A stretch of DNA of 63,629 nt, filler included, from Squatina squatina (GCA_031763465.1; 3 parts of 3 records of this genome joined end to end with filler, not necessarily neighbours in it); one strand, 5' to 3'; positions 24,797 through 38,218 are shown, counted from the first letter of the whole stretch. The notes: generated by a model not told the origin, from the letters alone. A program made the numbers and translations.

Positions 24797-26954
24797 NNNN
24801 NNNNNNNNNNNNNNNNNNNNNNNNNNNNNNNNNNNNNNNNTGTGTGACAGTACCATCGGATGTTTATCTGTAATCTTTTGTTAAATTTTAAGTAAAAGGA
24901 ATTTATCCAGAAATCTTTGTCTCCAATTGTTTGTTCTATGGTCCAAACCTTATAAACTATTGGATGGGGTGAGGGTAATTCCATATGTCTTACAAAGCTC
25001 TATGGAAATTCAGGGCCAAGTTTTCAAACATAAGTTATCTGCTGACTTTTCCAATCAATGCCCAAAAGGTCACATCAATGTTATTAATTATCTCTACTAC
25101 ATATTTGAAAATTACATTGGGTAGCTGTATTATATTTTGGTTGCCATTCAGAGGAAAAGGAAATGAAAATATGGCTCTGCTCAACAATGCCTCAGCTACC
25201 TTTATGACATGCTTGTGGGCAACAAGTTGGCTGACACTGTAGATACTTCCAATACCATCCTGCAAGAAGTGAAGGCAGAAAACTTAAGGGCAGTGCAGTG
25301 TCATCCATATAATGCAGATTGGCTGCAGGTGTCCTTACATTAATTGCCGTAGCTCTGAAAATACCTCTCTTCCTATAAGTTATTGCCAAACAAGTATGTC
25401 AGTATCTGCAGATGCAGTTTGTGACATAATAGTGGGTTTGGGCAGTCCAGCTCTGCTGCCACCTAATCTTCTTGGCAAACCTACTTTCAATTTTAGCCCT
25501 CCAGCCATGAAATATTGCATCTGAGCTGCTTTAAAAGCAACCCCCATCACTAACTATAAATTGAATTGCCAGATGGCACAGGATGCTGCAGCTTATGGTT
25601 AGATGCTTTGTTAGTCCCTGAGGTGAGGTGAAAGTTTGCATTCTAACACCTTTCAGAACTCCTCTTCACTAACAACTTTCCTGTTCTAATGTTCAATTGT
25701 AGTCAGCTTTTTGGTTATTTTTCAGACACTATTCAGCTACTTTTGTGTAAACATAACATTCCATAGATGTCCTCATGTACAAACAAAAACTAAAAGTTCC
25801 AACCTAAAGGAAAATAACAACTTACATAGGATAACGTTAAAGCCACTTTTTCAGGTTTTGTGTAAGTTCAGCTTGGGTCAGCATAACTAGACCAGAAATG
25901 AGTTAAGCAGGAATCCAGTGAAAGGGATTCCTGCTCGATTTCCTCGTCCTTCCACACCTGTTCAGTGCCAGCAGTAATGATCTCATTGGCAGTGAGAAAT
26001 GAATGTTGCTGTTCATGTTAAATGGTTTATTGTCTCCCCTAAAATAACATCACCAACAATTACTTCTAGGTTTATAACCATTTCCTTCAGAAGTTAAATG
26101 TACAAGCACACTGACTTGTTTGCTATTTGGTAGATAGCAGTTAACTTTGAGTTTAGCGAACACAATAAGCAGCATTCCTGGATGTGAATATTTATACATA
26201 GCTTTACAGCAAACTTCTGAAATAAGTTATAATAATACTAACACAACTGTAACTAATATACACTGATAGATGTACTCGTCAATCCCTTTGTATTGCTTGG
26301 TAACCCAGGCGGAAATTCAAACTACCTCAGCTTTCTCGTTGATGCCAGGGAACTACGTAATAATGACTTAGACTTCCCAATTTCTTGGTAGTACTATGTG
26401 CAAGGATCATTGTGTGATCTGAGGACCCCTCAATGATCTTCCCTTACATTCCACAATGCCCCTTTTAGCTTGTACAATTTTCCCACATAGTGACACATCA
26501 CAGTAGTGCAGAATCTCCCTTTATTTCTTGTTTTGCTTTATCAAGTGTGCATGCCTTATATACTGTGCAATAAAGCTGATACACTCTTTAGTGAATTCTG
26601 AAGAATGGCTCCCAAGAGAGTCTGACTTTTCATATCATGACATGTTGCCGGCCAAGTTTTCTTTTCCTATAAGATAGACTACAATCATGTTATAAGACTA
26701 TAATTTCAAGAACCACCTCTGGACTTGAAATAAGGATTCAATGTCAACTTTCCAAAGATAGGTACAAAGGGTTTATAGTATGTCATAAGTTGAATGGGAG
26801 ACTACACATATGCATTCGAAAACTTTATACTCCACCTCATAAAACAAGTTGCTTTTCTGTATCTGTCCATATGTAAAGAAAACAGCCCTGATATTCCACA
26901 GGGGTTCTCTTATTTTTTGAGTTCTTTGGGGAGATGCCAGATATGGGAGATGGG

Positions 26955-27110
26955 GAAATGCAGTGACTGTGGTATACATGCAATTTCAGAAAGCCTTTGA
27001 CAAGGTACTACACAGGAGATTATCAGAAAAGATTAAAGGACATGGAATTAGGGAAAGGGCAACAAATCAGAATAAAAACTGGTTAGAAGGGAGGAAACAA
27101 AAGGTTAGAA
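26955..27110 (+). mobile_element. CR1 LINE RT fragment
   Basis: VVYMQFQKAFDKVLHRRL...KGHGIR...NWLEGRKQKV matches the CR1 DFxKAFDKVPH...WL..R.Q.V motif. Confidence 0.85.
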
Positions 27111-28329
27111 ATGCTGTACCGTCCCGTTTGGGGTGTTCATTTTTGAAATCTTGGAAAAGTATCGGCAGATGATAATGATTTTCTGCTCCCAGGAAATTCA
27201 GCTCTGGCACTCCAAGAGGGAAGTGGAGCACTAAATCAGGCACTAACCACTTCCCTTAGGGTGCTAAAGTGTGTGAAATGGGCGATAGCGGCAGAGCACT
27301 GAAGAACGTTCCATGCAGTGCTGCCAGCATCACAGGCTCCTTCCCTCGCTTAAAAGGGAGGGCCAGTGATGGGTTTCAACATTCTTCTTCTTCGTTCTGT
27401 GGAGCCAGAGGAACTGCGCGATTTCCGTCACAGCCCCAACCATTGTCAGAGAGTGGAGGGCTGGGGCATCGCGCAGGCACAAAGCAGCCAAATTTCTTCC
27501 CCCACATTTAAAGTAACTTTTTTCAAAATCCTTTCTGCAGAAAAACAGGCAAAAGAAAATCCCGAAACTTGACAATTATATAATGTGCTCCTGCTCAGCC
27601 CTTAATATATACTGAGCCTTTAATATATAATATTTCTTGACTCAGTACCTAATATGTACTAGGCCTGTGTCTGTGTTATATAATATATTCCAACTTGGTA
27701 TGCAGTATATAATGAGTCTGTATTATATAATGTATTCTGACTCGGTAATTGATACATATTGACCATGTATTGTATAGTATATCNNNNNNNNNNNNNNNNN
27801 NNNNNNNNNNNNNNNNNNNNNNNNNNNNNNNNNNNNNNNNNNNNNNNNNNNNNNNNNNNNNNNNNNNNNNNNNNNNNNNNNNNTACTTAGGTTCAGTTTC
27901 ACTCTTAGTGCCGCACTGAATTTAATCTATAGCTTATCCTGGAAATAGAGAAGTGTTTGATATCTGCAGTCAAAACACTTTGATATACTCAGGTATGAAA
28001 AGAAAAGTGACCTATTAGCTTAGGAGGTGGTTTAAGATCAAGGGTAGTTTTACCTTAACGACTCAAATTCAATCTTCCATGGATTACTACTGTTTCACAG
28101 CTTTGTTGAATGCTGCACACAGACATGAACGGATTTACAGAGATTTAGGTATCACATTTCCAACAGCAGTCATTTCGGTGCACAATAATAGCTGAAGGGA
28201 TTTGATTCTTAGTTGGAGGACAATATTTCAGGATACCTCAATTGCATTTCAAACACTATTTTCATTCAACTGTTCAGCTACTGATGAAAATCTACATTTT
28301 CTATATTTTTACAACACAACAAACATTAA

Positions 28330-28990
28330 GGATGCACAATTCGGCCCGGGCACTTCTGGGGCAGTAGCGGGCGGGAGCCGACACTTTTCCCGCCGGCTCC
28401 CAAGACCCTTCGCCCACCGTGGAATTTGCTGTTCCATGATGGGAGCGAGGCGCAGCGATGCTGGCCTTGCTCCTGGGGTGGAACTGGGGCATCCGGCTGG
28501 GGATGTCGCTGGCATGGCATCAGCGCCATGCTAGCAACGCCAGCGTGCCTCTTCTCGCGTCTGACATCACGTGCGGTGCTCGACCTCGCTTAAAGGGGAA
28601 GGCCGCCGGCCAACCTGACCGCGCCTCTGCAGCCCGCCACTGGGCCACCAGCGACGCCGGCGACTAGGCCACCAGCTTGGCATGCCAGTCGGCACGCCAG
28701 GCGAGGGGATAATGGCCCAGTCTGGCCGTGGGCCACCATCAGTCGTCCAACAACAAAGTCGGCTGACAAATAAAGATGCCGGATGCCGGTGCTCAGGCCT
28801 TCCCTTTTAAGAGGCCTGTTGCAGCGACAGGTTTCACTGTTGCTGCAACAGACGGGTGCTGCGGCCGTGTCCCGTGGCTGAATTCTGCCCGCGGGACGCA
28901 ATTGGGCCGTAAAGGGGGTCGCGGCTGAGCGGTGAGGGTCAGCGCGCATTTTAATGGCGTTGCGCACTGACCTGCCGCGTAATTCCCCAG
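28330..28990. mobile_element. GC/CpG-rich palindromic non-autonomous DNA transposon (MITE-like)
   Basis: Abrupt GC island with the internal inverted motif cttaaaggggaaggcc (~28589) / ggccttcccttttaag (~28796). The motif recurs in other islands in the window. Confidence 0.6.
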
Positions 28991-29749
28991 ACGAGTTTAA
29001 AAAAGGGATGGAAAACCATCAGAAAATAAGTGATAGGATGGATAGAGAGAATGAAACCATTCAGCGAAGAAGGGGAAGGTGCTTGTCTCAACTCTCAAAG
29101 GATTCCTCATTGGCTACATGGCAGGTATCTGCTTTCAGCAAGAAGGAATCACCCAAACAGGGCAGCTTGCATTGTGCCAGTCACCTTGATTTCCAGACAT
29201 CCAACACCGTGTACCAGGCTAACTCATCACCAGCTGCTTAATCCAGGTCCTTCGCTGAGGGCAAAGAGATGTACTCACCATCGGCTGTCTACCCTCTCCA
29301 GGCTTGTCAGTAGCCTAGGCTGGAATTTTCTCTCTCTGAAGCTACTTCCCCTTTTTGCCATAAATCCATTTCACAGTTTAGTCCTCCATTTCACATAGGC
29401 TGGATTCCGTTGTATGTCTAGGAACTCTGAACCATGAAAGAAAATGATTTGGATCGATATCTTGTACACCACAAGTTTAACCTGCATTGGACTTTGCTCT
29501 CATTGAAGAAAGATGAGAAAGAACAGAGCACCTTCTCAATGTTTAGACAAATGCTCCATGTATTTTCTGATCAGTACTTAAGAGGGCCACTCTGGAGCTG
29601 TGTACTGTACTTGGGGCACCTACTAACATATTGCACTGGTTAATTATTNNNNNNNNNNNNNNNNNNNNNNNNNNNNNNNNNNNNNNNNNNNNNNNNNNNN
29701 NNNNNNNNNNNNNNNNNNNNNNNNNNNNNNNNNNNNNNNNNNNNNNNNG

Positions 29750-30380
29750 ATAGAGAGAGAGGGATGGGTGGAGGTGCAAGGTAAGTTGGTATGAGTAAGG
29801 ATGTGCAGGAGTAGGGTAGGGAATACAGTGTGATGAGGATATGATGAGTGACACTGCAGGATGAGGTTGAGTGTGTCTTTGCAATAACATTTCGTGATCT
29901 ACTGAGATCATTGAAAAGTTTGCGGCACTGCACCCAGGTCCTCCTGACAACATCCTTGCTTTGTCCTCCTGTGCAATGTGCAACCAGGCTGTGATGGTCT
30001 CATGGGAGGTCTGTTCCGCCCATGGGAAGGTAAGAGAACCTCCCTATGTGCTCTGACTCCCTCCATATGCATCTGGAGGGAGTCATGGGAGAGCCTGGGT
30101 GCAGTCATGCCTCTTTGTGCAGTGCTTGTCAGTGTTTACAGCACCTCAATGCTGTGGAGCACTGACAGCATAACTGTCAAAATAAATTTGCTTATAGTCC
30201 CGTTCAGGAAACCAACTGATGGTGCATCATCAAATTACGTCATCAGACCCGCTTCCTTCAATTGCCTGGAAAACGCGCTGGGCGGTCTTAACAAGCCCAT
30301 TCAGGGGAAAATCATTTTGGACAGTGGGCTGGAACCAGCAGTGAGGCCGGAACCTGCCACTGACGTTGCCCGCCAGGGAC
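29750..30380 (-). pseudogene. Decayed Harbinger Myb/SANT-like DNA-binding gene with element end
   Basis: Frameshifted translation APRLSHDSLQMHMEGVRAHREVL / AWLHIAQE / RRTWVQCRKLFNDLSR, a Myb/SANT-like trihelix signature (W...QCRKxFNDL). Confidence 0.75.
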
Positions 30381-33006
30381 CTGCCAAGGTAGGGGAAATC
30401 CAACTCTTAGTGCGAGGTAACATTGGCAGTGCAGGAGCAGCTTCGAGTAATTCCCCACTCTGTGCTTTTTTCCTACCAAATCCTTCTAAGAAAAAAATTA
30501 CAATTTCAGAATTTTTAAATTTCTACACTTTGTCAACATTGCCAACAGGAGTTCCAGCCTTAAAACATTTTATTTTATTATGATACACTTCCAGTACCAC
30601 AAAACCCGTCTCCTTGGCACAACTTTAACTCCAATTAGCTTTAAATTAGTAAATCAATTTGCATAGGCTTGGGCACACGTTAACAACCTTAAAGACTGCT
30701 ATGCTTTTTAACCCACACCCAAACCTGCATGACCTCCCATCCATTAGGTTTTCACATAAGTAAATCAGCAGATATAGCTCATTAAAATGCTATTACATGT
30801 TCAATTTATGCCATCTCACCCTGCAGCTGCACTGTGTCATGGAAGCTTTATTTACAGCTGTGTAATTCTCCTTCTATCACCCCGGGAAAAGGTCACAGAC
30901 ATTCAGGCTGTCTATACCAGCAGTGACTGACATAGACAAAAATTGAAATTATAATCTGGATCTGCCCCAAAGCTATTATGCTGCTAATAGCTGGTGAATT
31001 GCCTTCTCTGTGGCATAGATATTATAAAATGATATCCTGTTCAGGGATTCAGGATATACTAAAAGGATATCCCAACTGGCCATCATTCTGATAACATTGA
31101 GACATTCACAGGTTTTTACTCTTTGCGAATTCATACCTAGCTAAACAACCTTGAGTGTCAGCNNNNNNNNNNNNNNNNNNNNNNNNNNNNNNNNNNNNNN
31201 NNNNNNNNNNNNNNNNNNNNNNNNNNNNNNNNNNNNNNNNNNNNNNNNNNNNNNNNNNNNNNGTTGCTCATGGGGCGGCGCGCTCAGTGATGATGTCACG
31301 ATCACTGTGTGCCGCCAGGATCGGCGCCGTGTTGGGCTGCGGAGGCGTCTCCTATGGGCGCCTCCGCAAAAGTAGCCATGAATGTCGTGCTAGGCGGGAC
31401 CAGCGCCGCAAACGCCAAAAAAAAACCTTAGCGGCCCGGGAGCACCTCCAGTGGGCGAGAATAGGGCGCTAAGAGCCTATGAATTTCACCCTCTTTTGAA
31501 ATCAATAAGGACAAAGTGAAATTGTGCAAACTGCTCCTGAAAACAGTTCTTTATACAGTAGTGTTGAGCAGGCGTCAGTCAAGTCCACCTTGTTCTCCTT
31601 ATAACGTTATCTCCAGTTCTTTTTCGACATAAATGTCTAACTAATTGTTTACACTTCTTTAATTCATTGCTAAGATGCATGAGGGCTCTGGGTATTAGCT
31701 GAACTTGACAGCTCTGTTGTAAATGGGTGCTATTATCCTAACATGCAAGTGCTTTCTAATCCCTTTGCACAATTTATCATTACACCTCCCTTCCGAGGCT
31801 TATGCTTCTGGCTTTGGATTCCATTTTTTATTTATCTTAGTCATATTACATGAACAGATACATTTCTAGACATTTGTTGCTTTCAATAAATGTTATCTTG
31901 CAAAGAGCCTCATGATAATAAAGTCGAGCCACGTATCAGATTCGGGCCAAGGAGACTAAATGGACCTCTTTCACATTGCTATGCTCATGTGTTTGTCTTT
32001 GTGTCAAAGGGAAAGTTATGGCAAGGCTCTGGCTGACCTTTGAGTATCCTGGGGCAATGAGCTGCCAGTTAAAAGTGACTGTCTTTGAAACATCTGTTGT
32101 TCTCTTTAGTATACATTGGTTTCAAGTTTATCAGGCCATTCATTCACAAAATATAGATGAATATCAGCAAAATGTTATTATCCCTGTGAGCAATCCCCTC
32201 TCCCTCCAATGGGATTTGGAACATTCCTACCGAAGTGTTATTTGTTTAAAAAATGCAGCAGGTGTGCTTCTAAACAGCAAGTGGCAACAGTGCAATTATA
32301 AAAATAATCATTTACTTTAAAGCAAAATAATGAAGATAAAAGAAACAACAGTCAAGTATTGGCCTGGATTGTTCTGGTATATTTTATTTTCAATAGGACT
32401 GATTCTACATTCATTGGTAGCTCCAGCTGTACCCAAATGTATCATAGCTGCATAAAGCACTGTTGATAAATAACACTACTTAACTGTTTAAAGAGTCTCA
32501 TTATCAGTGTCCCCTTTCAAAAATCTAAAGAGCAAAGAAGAATTATAATGAAATTAAACATCCTTTGGGCTTTTTTCTGTCTACTGCTATTGACTTTTAA
32601 AAATATATTTGCGGCTGGGAGGAGTATGTGAGCCAGCCAGTGTGAGGAAGATGAATTAACATCAATAATGTAATTAATCAAAGGCGCTTCAGTCATTTAG
32701 TATCATTTCAATTGTATGCTCGATTCAGCCGTCTTGGCCACACTGTCAGACTCAGTGAGGCACATGATGCCTCCCTTTGTGGGGAGGGCGCCACGAAATG
32801 TTTAGGGAAGGGTTGGCCCAACCAAACTGAAATTAAATCAGAACAGCACTCCACTTGTAGAAACTAAAAAAGGGAAACATGATTTAGGAGTGAACATTGG
32901 ACATACNNNNNNNNNNNNNNNNNNNNNNNNNNNNNNNNNNNNNNNNNNNNNNNNNNNNNNNNNNNNNNNNNNNNNNNNNNNNNNNNNNNNNNNNNNNNNN
33001 NNNNNN

Positions 33007-33362
33007 AACATCTGCAGCTCGTACTCCAGCTCAACAATTCGGAGCCGAAGTTCCTCGAGCTGCAGACACTTACTGCAGATATGGTTGCTTGGAATCGTGA
33101 TGCTCTCCGCCAGCTCCCACATGCTGCAGTTATGACACATCATCTGTCCTGCCATCTCTAACTTTGTTTTATATATTAAAAAATTAGTTCAAGCTTTTAT
33201 TCAATCCATATTTTATTTTTATTTTTTAATTATTTGATCTAGTTTAAGTTATTAATTTAATAAGTATTAGCAAGTTACAGTTTCTCAGCTCTTAATTTAT
33301 CCGCTTTCCCTAACTTAGAGAGCAAAGAAAAGCTAAATACTCACCAACCAATCACCAACCTG
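33007..33362 (-). mobile_element. CR1 LINE 5' region and ORF1 N-terminus (zinc finger / leucine zipper)
   Basis: MAGQMMCHNCSMWE...HICSKCLQLEELRLRIVELEYEL gives CxxC...CxxC followed by heptad leucines. Confidence 0.8.
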
Positions 33363-34560
33363 NNNNNNNNNNTAAATACATATATATAAAAAAATATATA
33401 GCTCCATATCTTTAAATACACATCTGCTTGTTATACAAGGTCTGTCCTACGTTCATAGTTGTATTTTCAAAGTATTAACAAGGACTGGATCTTGCCTGCA
33501 ACATCGATATATGTGCCCATATGTACCTCCAAAGCTGCAGAAATAAGTCCAGTAATGGTGTATCTAATATCTACACCAGTATTTGTATTGAAAAACAAAA
33601 TAAAAGCTATTTCATCCTCAATTGTCGTAATGTCTATGGGGTTCTGGTTTGGTGTTTTCCAGCAATTTTGTGCTTCATTCCCATTTAGTTGGAGGACGTA
33701 AGGGGTATCCTGTGAGTCCAGTATTCGGTGAGCTTTGTCCGACTGTGGTAATCAATTCAACAGAAGGTGGTGCGATCACACAGATTAGAGCCACTCTGGG
33801 CTCTGAAAGGCATGTCGGTCTATTGTGAGATGGATTTCAGTCAGCCAGTACACTACCATTGTAGGCATTATAAAAATTACCTGCATTTCCCCCAGACATT
33901 TGTGTGCTTTCCTGGTGCCGTATTCGTTCTGTGCATTTAGGACATTTTACTCTTGGGATTTAGTCCAGAGTCTAATGTTACTTTATGTTAAATGTCTGTT
34001 TCCAACAGAGTGGCTCAAATTCCAGCCTCCACTGAATGGTTCACCGGTGCTTCTATGATGTGAATGGCAAACAATCAGCCAAGTCACGTAATTAGCTTTA
34101 ATTTACATATTACTGTGCAGATGCATTTTAGTGAATGGGGAGAGGCAGAGCCACAGGCTTTGGAAAATAGGGATTGCTTTATGCAACAAAATTAAAAGCA
34201 ATGGGAACTTAATTTGTGGCTGAAATTGCAACAAAACACAAACATCTATGAATTGGACTTAATGTGAGAAAGAATCATTTCTGTGTGAGTGCCAGCAGGA
34301 GAATGAGGGAAAGCACAATGTGGCGAATTATCTTTTTCGCTCAGCAGAGGGAGGGCGAGGAAGCAAAAGAGAATAACCTTTCATTTGGGTAAAAGCTGTC
34401 AATGTGTGATTACAATCTCAATGGGGATAAGAGTGACGGAAGTCAACCACTCGGGTGTGCNNNNNNNNNNNNNNNNNNNNNNNNNNNNNNNNNNNNNNNN
34501 NNNNNNNNNNNNNNNNNNNNNNNNNNNNNNNNNNNNNNNNNNNNNNNNNNNNNNNNNNNN

Positions 34561-34752
34561 TACCCCACCTCCTTTTCCTTTCTGTCTATCCTTCCTGAAT
34601 ATTGAATACCCCTGGATGTTGAGCTCCCAGCCTTGGTTACCCTGGAGCCATGTCCCTGTGATCCCACCTATATCATAACCGTCAACAAATATCTGCGCAA
34701 TTAATTCATCTACCTTATTACGAATGCTCCTCGCATTAAGGCACAAAGCCTT
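34561..34752 (-). mobile_element. CR1 LINE ORF2 APE endonuclease N-terminus
   Basis: LKALCLNARSIRNKVDEL...YDIGGITGTWL...WELNIQGYSIFRKDRQKGKGGGV. Confidence 0.9.
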
Positions 34753-36772
34753 AATACTGGTGCTCCCTCCTCACTCCCTGCTTAAAGTGTACTCAGCTAA
34801 TTCCACTAGTGGTGCTCCCTCTTTATTCCCTCCTCAGAGTGCACTCACCTAATTCCACGATTGGTGCTCCCTCCTCACTCCCCGCTTCGAGTGCACTCAC
34901 CGAATTCCACTCCTGGTGCTCTCTCCTTACTCCCTGCTTAGAGTGCACACATCTAATTCCACTACTGGTACTCCCCACTCACTCCCTGCTTAGAGTGCAC
35001 TCACCTAATTCCATTACTGATGCTCCCTCCTCAATCCGTGCTTGGAGTGCACTCACCTAATTCTACTACTGGTTCTCCCTCCTCACTCACTGCTTAGAGT
35101 GCTCTCACCTAATTCCACGTTTATGGTGCTCCCTACTTACTCTCTGATTCGAGTGCACTCACCTAATTCCACTCCTGGTTCTCCCTCCTCACTCTGTCCT
35201 TAGAGTGCACTCAACAAATTACACGACTACTGCACCCTTACTAATTCCACAGCTGGTGCTCCCTGCTCATTCCCTGCGTAAACTGCATTCTCTAATTCCA
35301 CTACTGGTGCTCACTCCTTACTCCCTGCTTAGAGTGCAGTCATTTAATTCCACTGCTGTTGCTCCCTCCTCACTCCCTGCTTAGAGTGCACTCACCAAAT
35401 TCCACTGCTGTTGCTCCCTCCTTACTCCCTGCTTAGAGTGCACTCACCTAATTCCACTGCTGTTGCTCCCTCCTAACTCCCTGCTTAGAGTGCACTCACC
35501 AAATTCCACTGCTGCTGCTCCCTCCTTACTCCCTGCTCAGAGTGCACTCACCTAATTCCACTGCTGTTGCTCCCTCCTAACTCCCCGCTTAGAGTGCACT
35601 CACCTAATTCCACTGCTGTTGCTCCCTCGTTACTCCCACCTTCGAGTGCACTCACCTAATTCCACGACTGCTGCACCTTCCTCAATCCCTGCTTAGAGTG
35701 CACTCACATAATTCCACTCCTGGTGCTGCCTCCTCAGTCCCTCCTTAGAGTGCACTCACCTAATACCACGACTGCTGCACCTTCCTCAATCCCGGCTTCG
35801 AGTGCACTCACCTAATTCCACTCCTGGTGCTCCCTCCTCACTCCCTGCTTAGAGTGCACTCACCTAATTCCACTCCTGGTGCTTGCTCCTTACTCCCTGT
35901 TCAGAGTGCACTCACCTAATTCCACTGCTGTTGCTCCCTCCTTACTCCCTGCTTCGAGTGCAGTCATTTAATTCCACTGCTGTTGCTCCCTCCTTACTCC
36001 CTGCTTAGAGTGCACTTACCAAATTCCACTGCTGTTGCTCCCTCCTTACTCCCTGCTCAGAGTGCACTCACCTAATTCCACTCCTGTTGCTCCCTCTTTA
36101 CTCCCAGCTTCGAGTGCACTCACCTAATTCCACGACTGCTGCACCTTCCTCAATCCCTGCTTAGAGTGCACTCACGTAATTGCACTCCTGGTGCTCCCTC
36201 TTTACTCCCACCTTAGAGTGCACTCACCTAATTCCACTCCTGGTGCTCCCGCCTCAATACCTGCTCAGAGTGCCCTCACCAAATTCCACTACTGCTGCTC
36301 CCTCCTCACTCCCTGCTTAGAAGTGCACTCACGTAATTCCTCAAGTGGTGCTCCCTCCTTACTGCCTGCTTGTGTGCACTCACCTAATTCCACTCCTGGT
36401 GCTCCCTCGTTACTCACTGCTCAGAGTGCACTCACCTAATTCCAGTACTGGTGTTCCCTCCTTACTCGGTGCTTAGAGTGCACTCACCTAATTCCACTAC
36501 TGGTGCTCTCTCCTTACTCTGAGCTGAGAGTGCACTCAACAAATTCCACGACTGGTGCTCTCTCCACTTTCACTGCCAAGAGTGCACTCACTTAATTCCA
36601 AGACTGCTGCTAACTCCTTACTCCCTGCTTTGAGTTCACTCACCTAATTCCAATACTGGTGCTCCCTCCTCAATCCCTGCTTAGAGTGCACTCACCTAAT
36701 TCCACGATTGGTGCTCCCTCCTCACTCACTGCTTAGAGTGCACTCTCATAATTCTACAACTGGTGCTCCCTC
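34753..36772. repeat. 52-bp tandem satellite, roughly 39 diverged copies, running into a gap
   Basis: Unit approximately ACTCCCTGCTTAGAGTGCACTCACCTAATTCCACTGCTGTTGCTCCCTCCTT. GAGTGCAC recurs with 52-nt spacing (e.g. 35384 and 35436). Confidence 0.97.
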
Positions 36773-38218
36773 NNNNNNNNNNNNNNNNNNNNNNNNNNNN
36801 NNNNNNNNNNNNNNNNNNNNNNNNNNNNNNNNNNNNNNNNNNNNNNNNNNNNNNNNNNNNNNNNNNNNNNNNGGCTCTGTCCGGTTGCTTCCTAATTTCT
36901 CAGCAACATAATTGTTAGAGTTGTAAACAGATGAGCATTAAAAGTGACACCTTTTGTTGCACTGGAAGCCTGAAGTGGAACAATACAATGTTGTAAGTAT
37001 TGTTACTGCTGACAATGGAAAACAATGGAATTCCCAGTTTATTCCATCCATGAGGAAAACCTTCTTAAATCATTTGTCCGTCTTTCTCACTGGTAGAATA
37101 AAATGAGTACTGCAGATAAGATGATCGCGGACCCTCTCTCTCTAGCTCCCTATTACCAGCTGTGATCCTAAATGTAGTTTACAGATGTTTTATCAGTATT
37201 ATTCTTGTTATTTTGATTTTACACTCGGTTACATGTCATTATTATTTTCATACTCAGCTATATTTAATTATTTCTCACCAGGCTCACTCAATGCCATTGC
37301 TTCTAAATATTTCAGCAGCAATTCCTTTAACAACTGATTGTGCCTCATAATTAGGGAATCATACAAAATCCCAAATGATAAAAACAATGATTTTCTGTCA
37401 TCCAGACATGGGTTTTAAAGTATTACAGCTGTCTTAATGGTAGAAAGAAAATGAGTTGCCATGGAAACATGACATTCTGTAAACTTCAACAGTTTGTGCT
37501 GACTTGCAGTTAGTTATTGTAAAGAGCTTGAGGCAAAATGATGTGTGAGCAGTAAAGAATTCTTGCTTTTCTTGCCAGTTTCAGTACCAGACTGAGATCC
37601 GTATCATTCTGTTTTTCCTGAGTGTTAGGGAAGGGGATTAGAATTTAAACTAAATTAACGGNNNNNNNNNNNNNNNNNNNNNNNNNNNNNNNNNNNNNNN
37701 NNNNNNNNNNNNNNNNNNNNNNNNNNNNNNNNNNNNNNNNNNNNNNNNNNNNNNNNNNNNNTGCTTTGGATTAAAATGAGGTTTTTATATAAATTAATCA
37801 TATGGATATAAAAAATCTCTGAAGATATATTGTAACGAATGGAGCAAGCCATAAATTTCTGGCACCATCTTCAATTATGCAAATTTGCTGTTACCCATGA
37901 CACGTGGTGTTAAAACTCCAAATACTGATTAAACACTCAACTAATGTTTGGCATGATTTTTAGCAGTTTGAACCAATAAATAAAGCCATTTAAACCACCA
38001 ACTCTACAAGTATAACAGTACAAGTGAGACTTAAGCATGCACAGTCCCTTTTCAAGGTACCAGAATACATACATCTATTGTTCTGCCAGGTGAGTTAGAT
38101 TAAAATTACCCCCTTAATTCTTTCCAAATTCTGACTATTTTATGTGCAAACTGGATTTGAGTCATCATATCAATTGGGTAATGCAATTTGCCATTGTTTA
38201 ATAATAAAAAGTACTTAC

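Noticed and set aside
28202-28967. Cluster of overlapping Ala/Arg/Gly/Pro-rich ORFs, possible CpG-island promoter
   Set aside because: Explained by a GC-rich palindromic repeat that is poor in stop codons and belongs to a family dispersed across the window.
29978-30583. 201-aa plus-strand ORF, the longest gap-free ORF
   Set aside because: It is antisense to the decayed Harbinger Myb/SANT gene, starts at a non-ATG codon and has no recognisable domain.
34753-36772. CRISPR-like array with palindromic repeats
   Set aside because: The sequence between palindromes is itself repeated (no unique spacers), there are no cas genes, and the context is vertebrate. It is a satellite.
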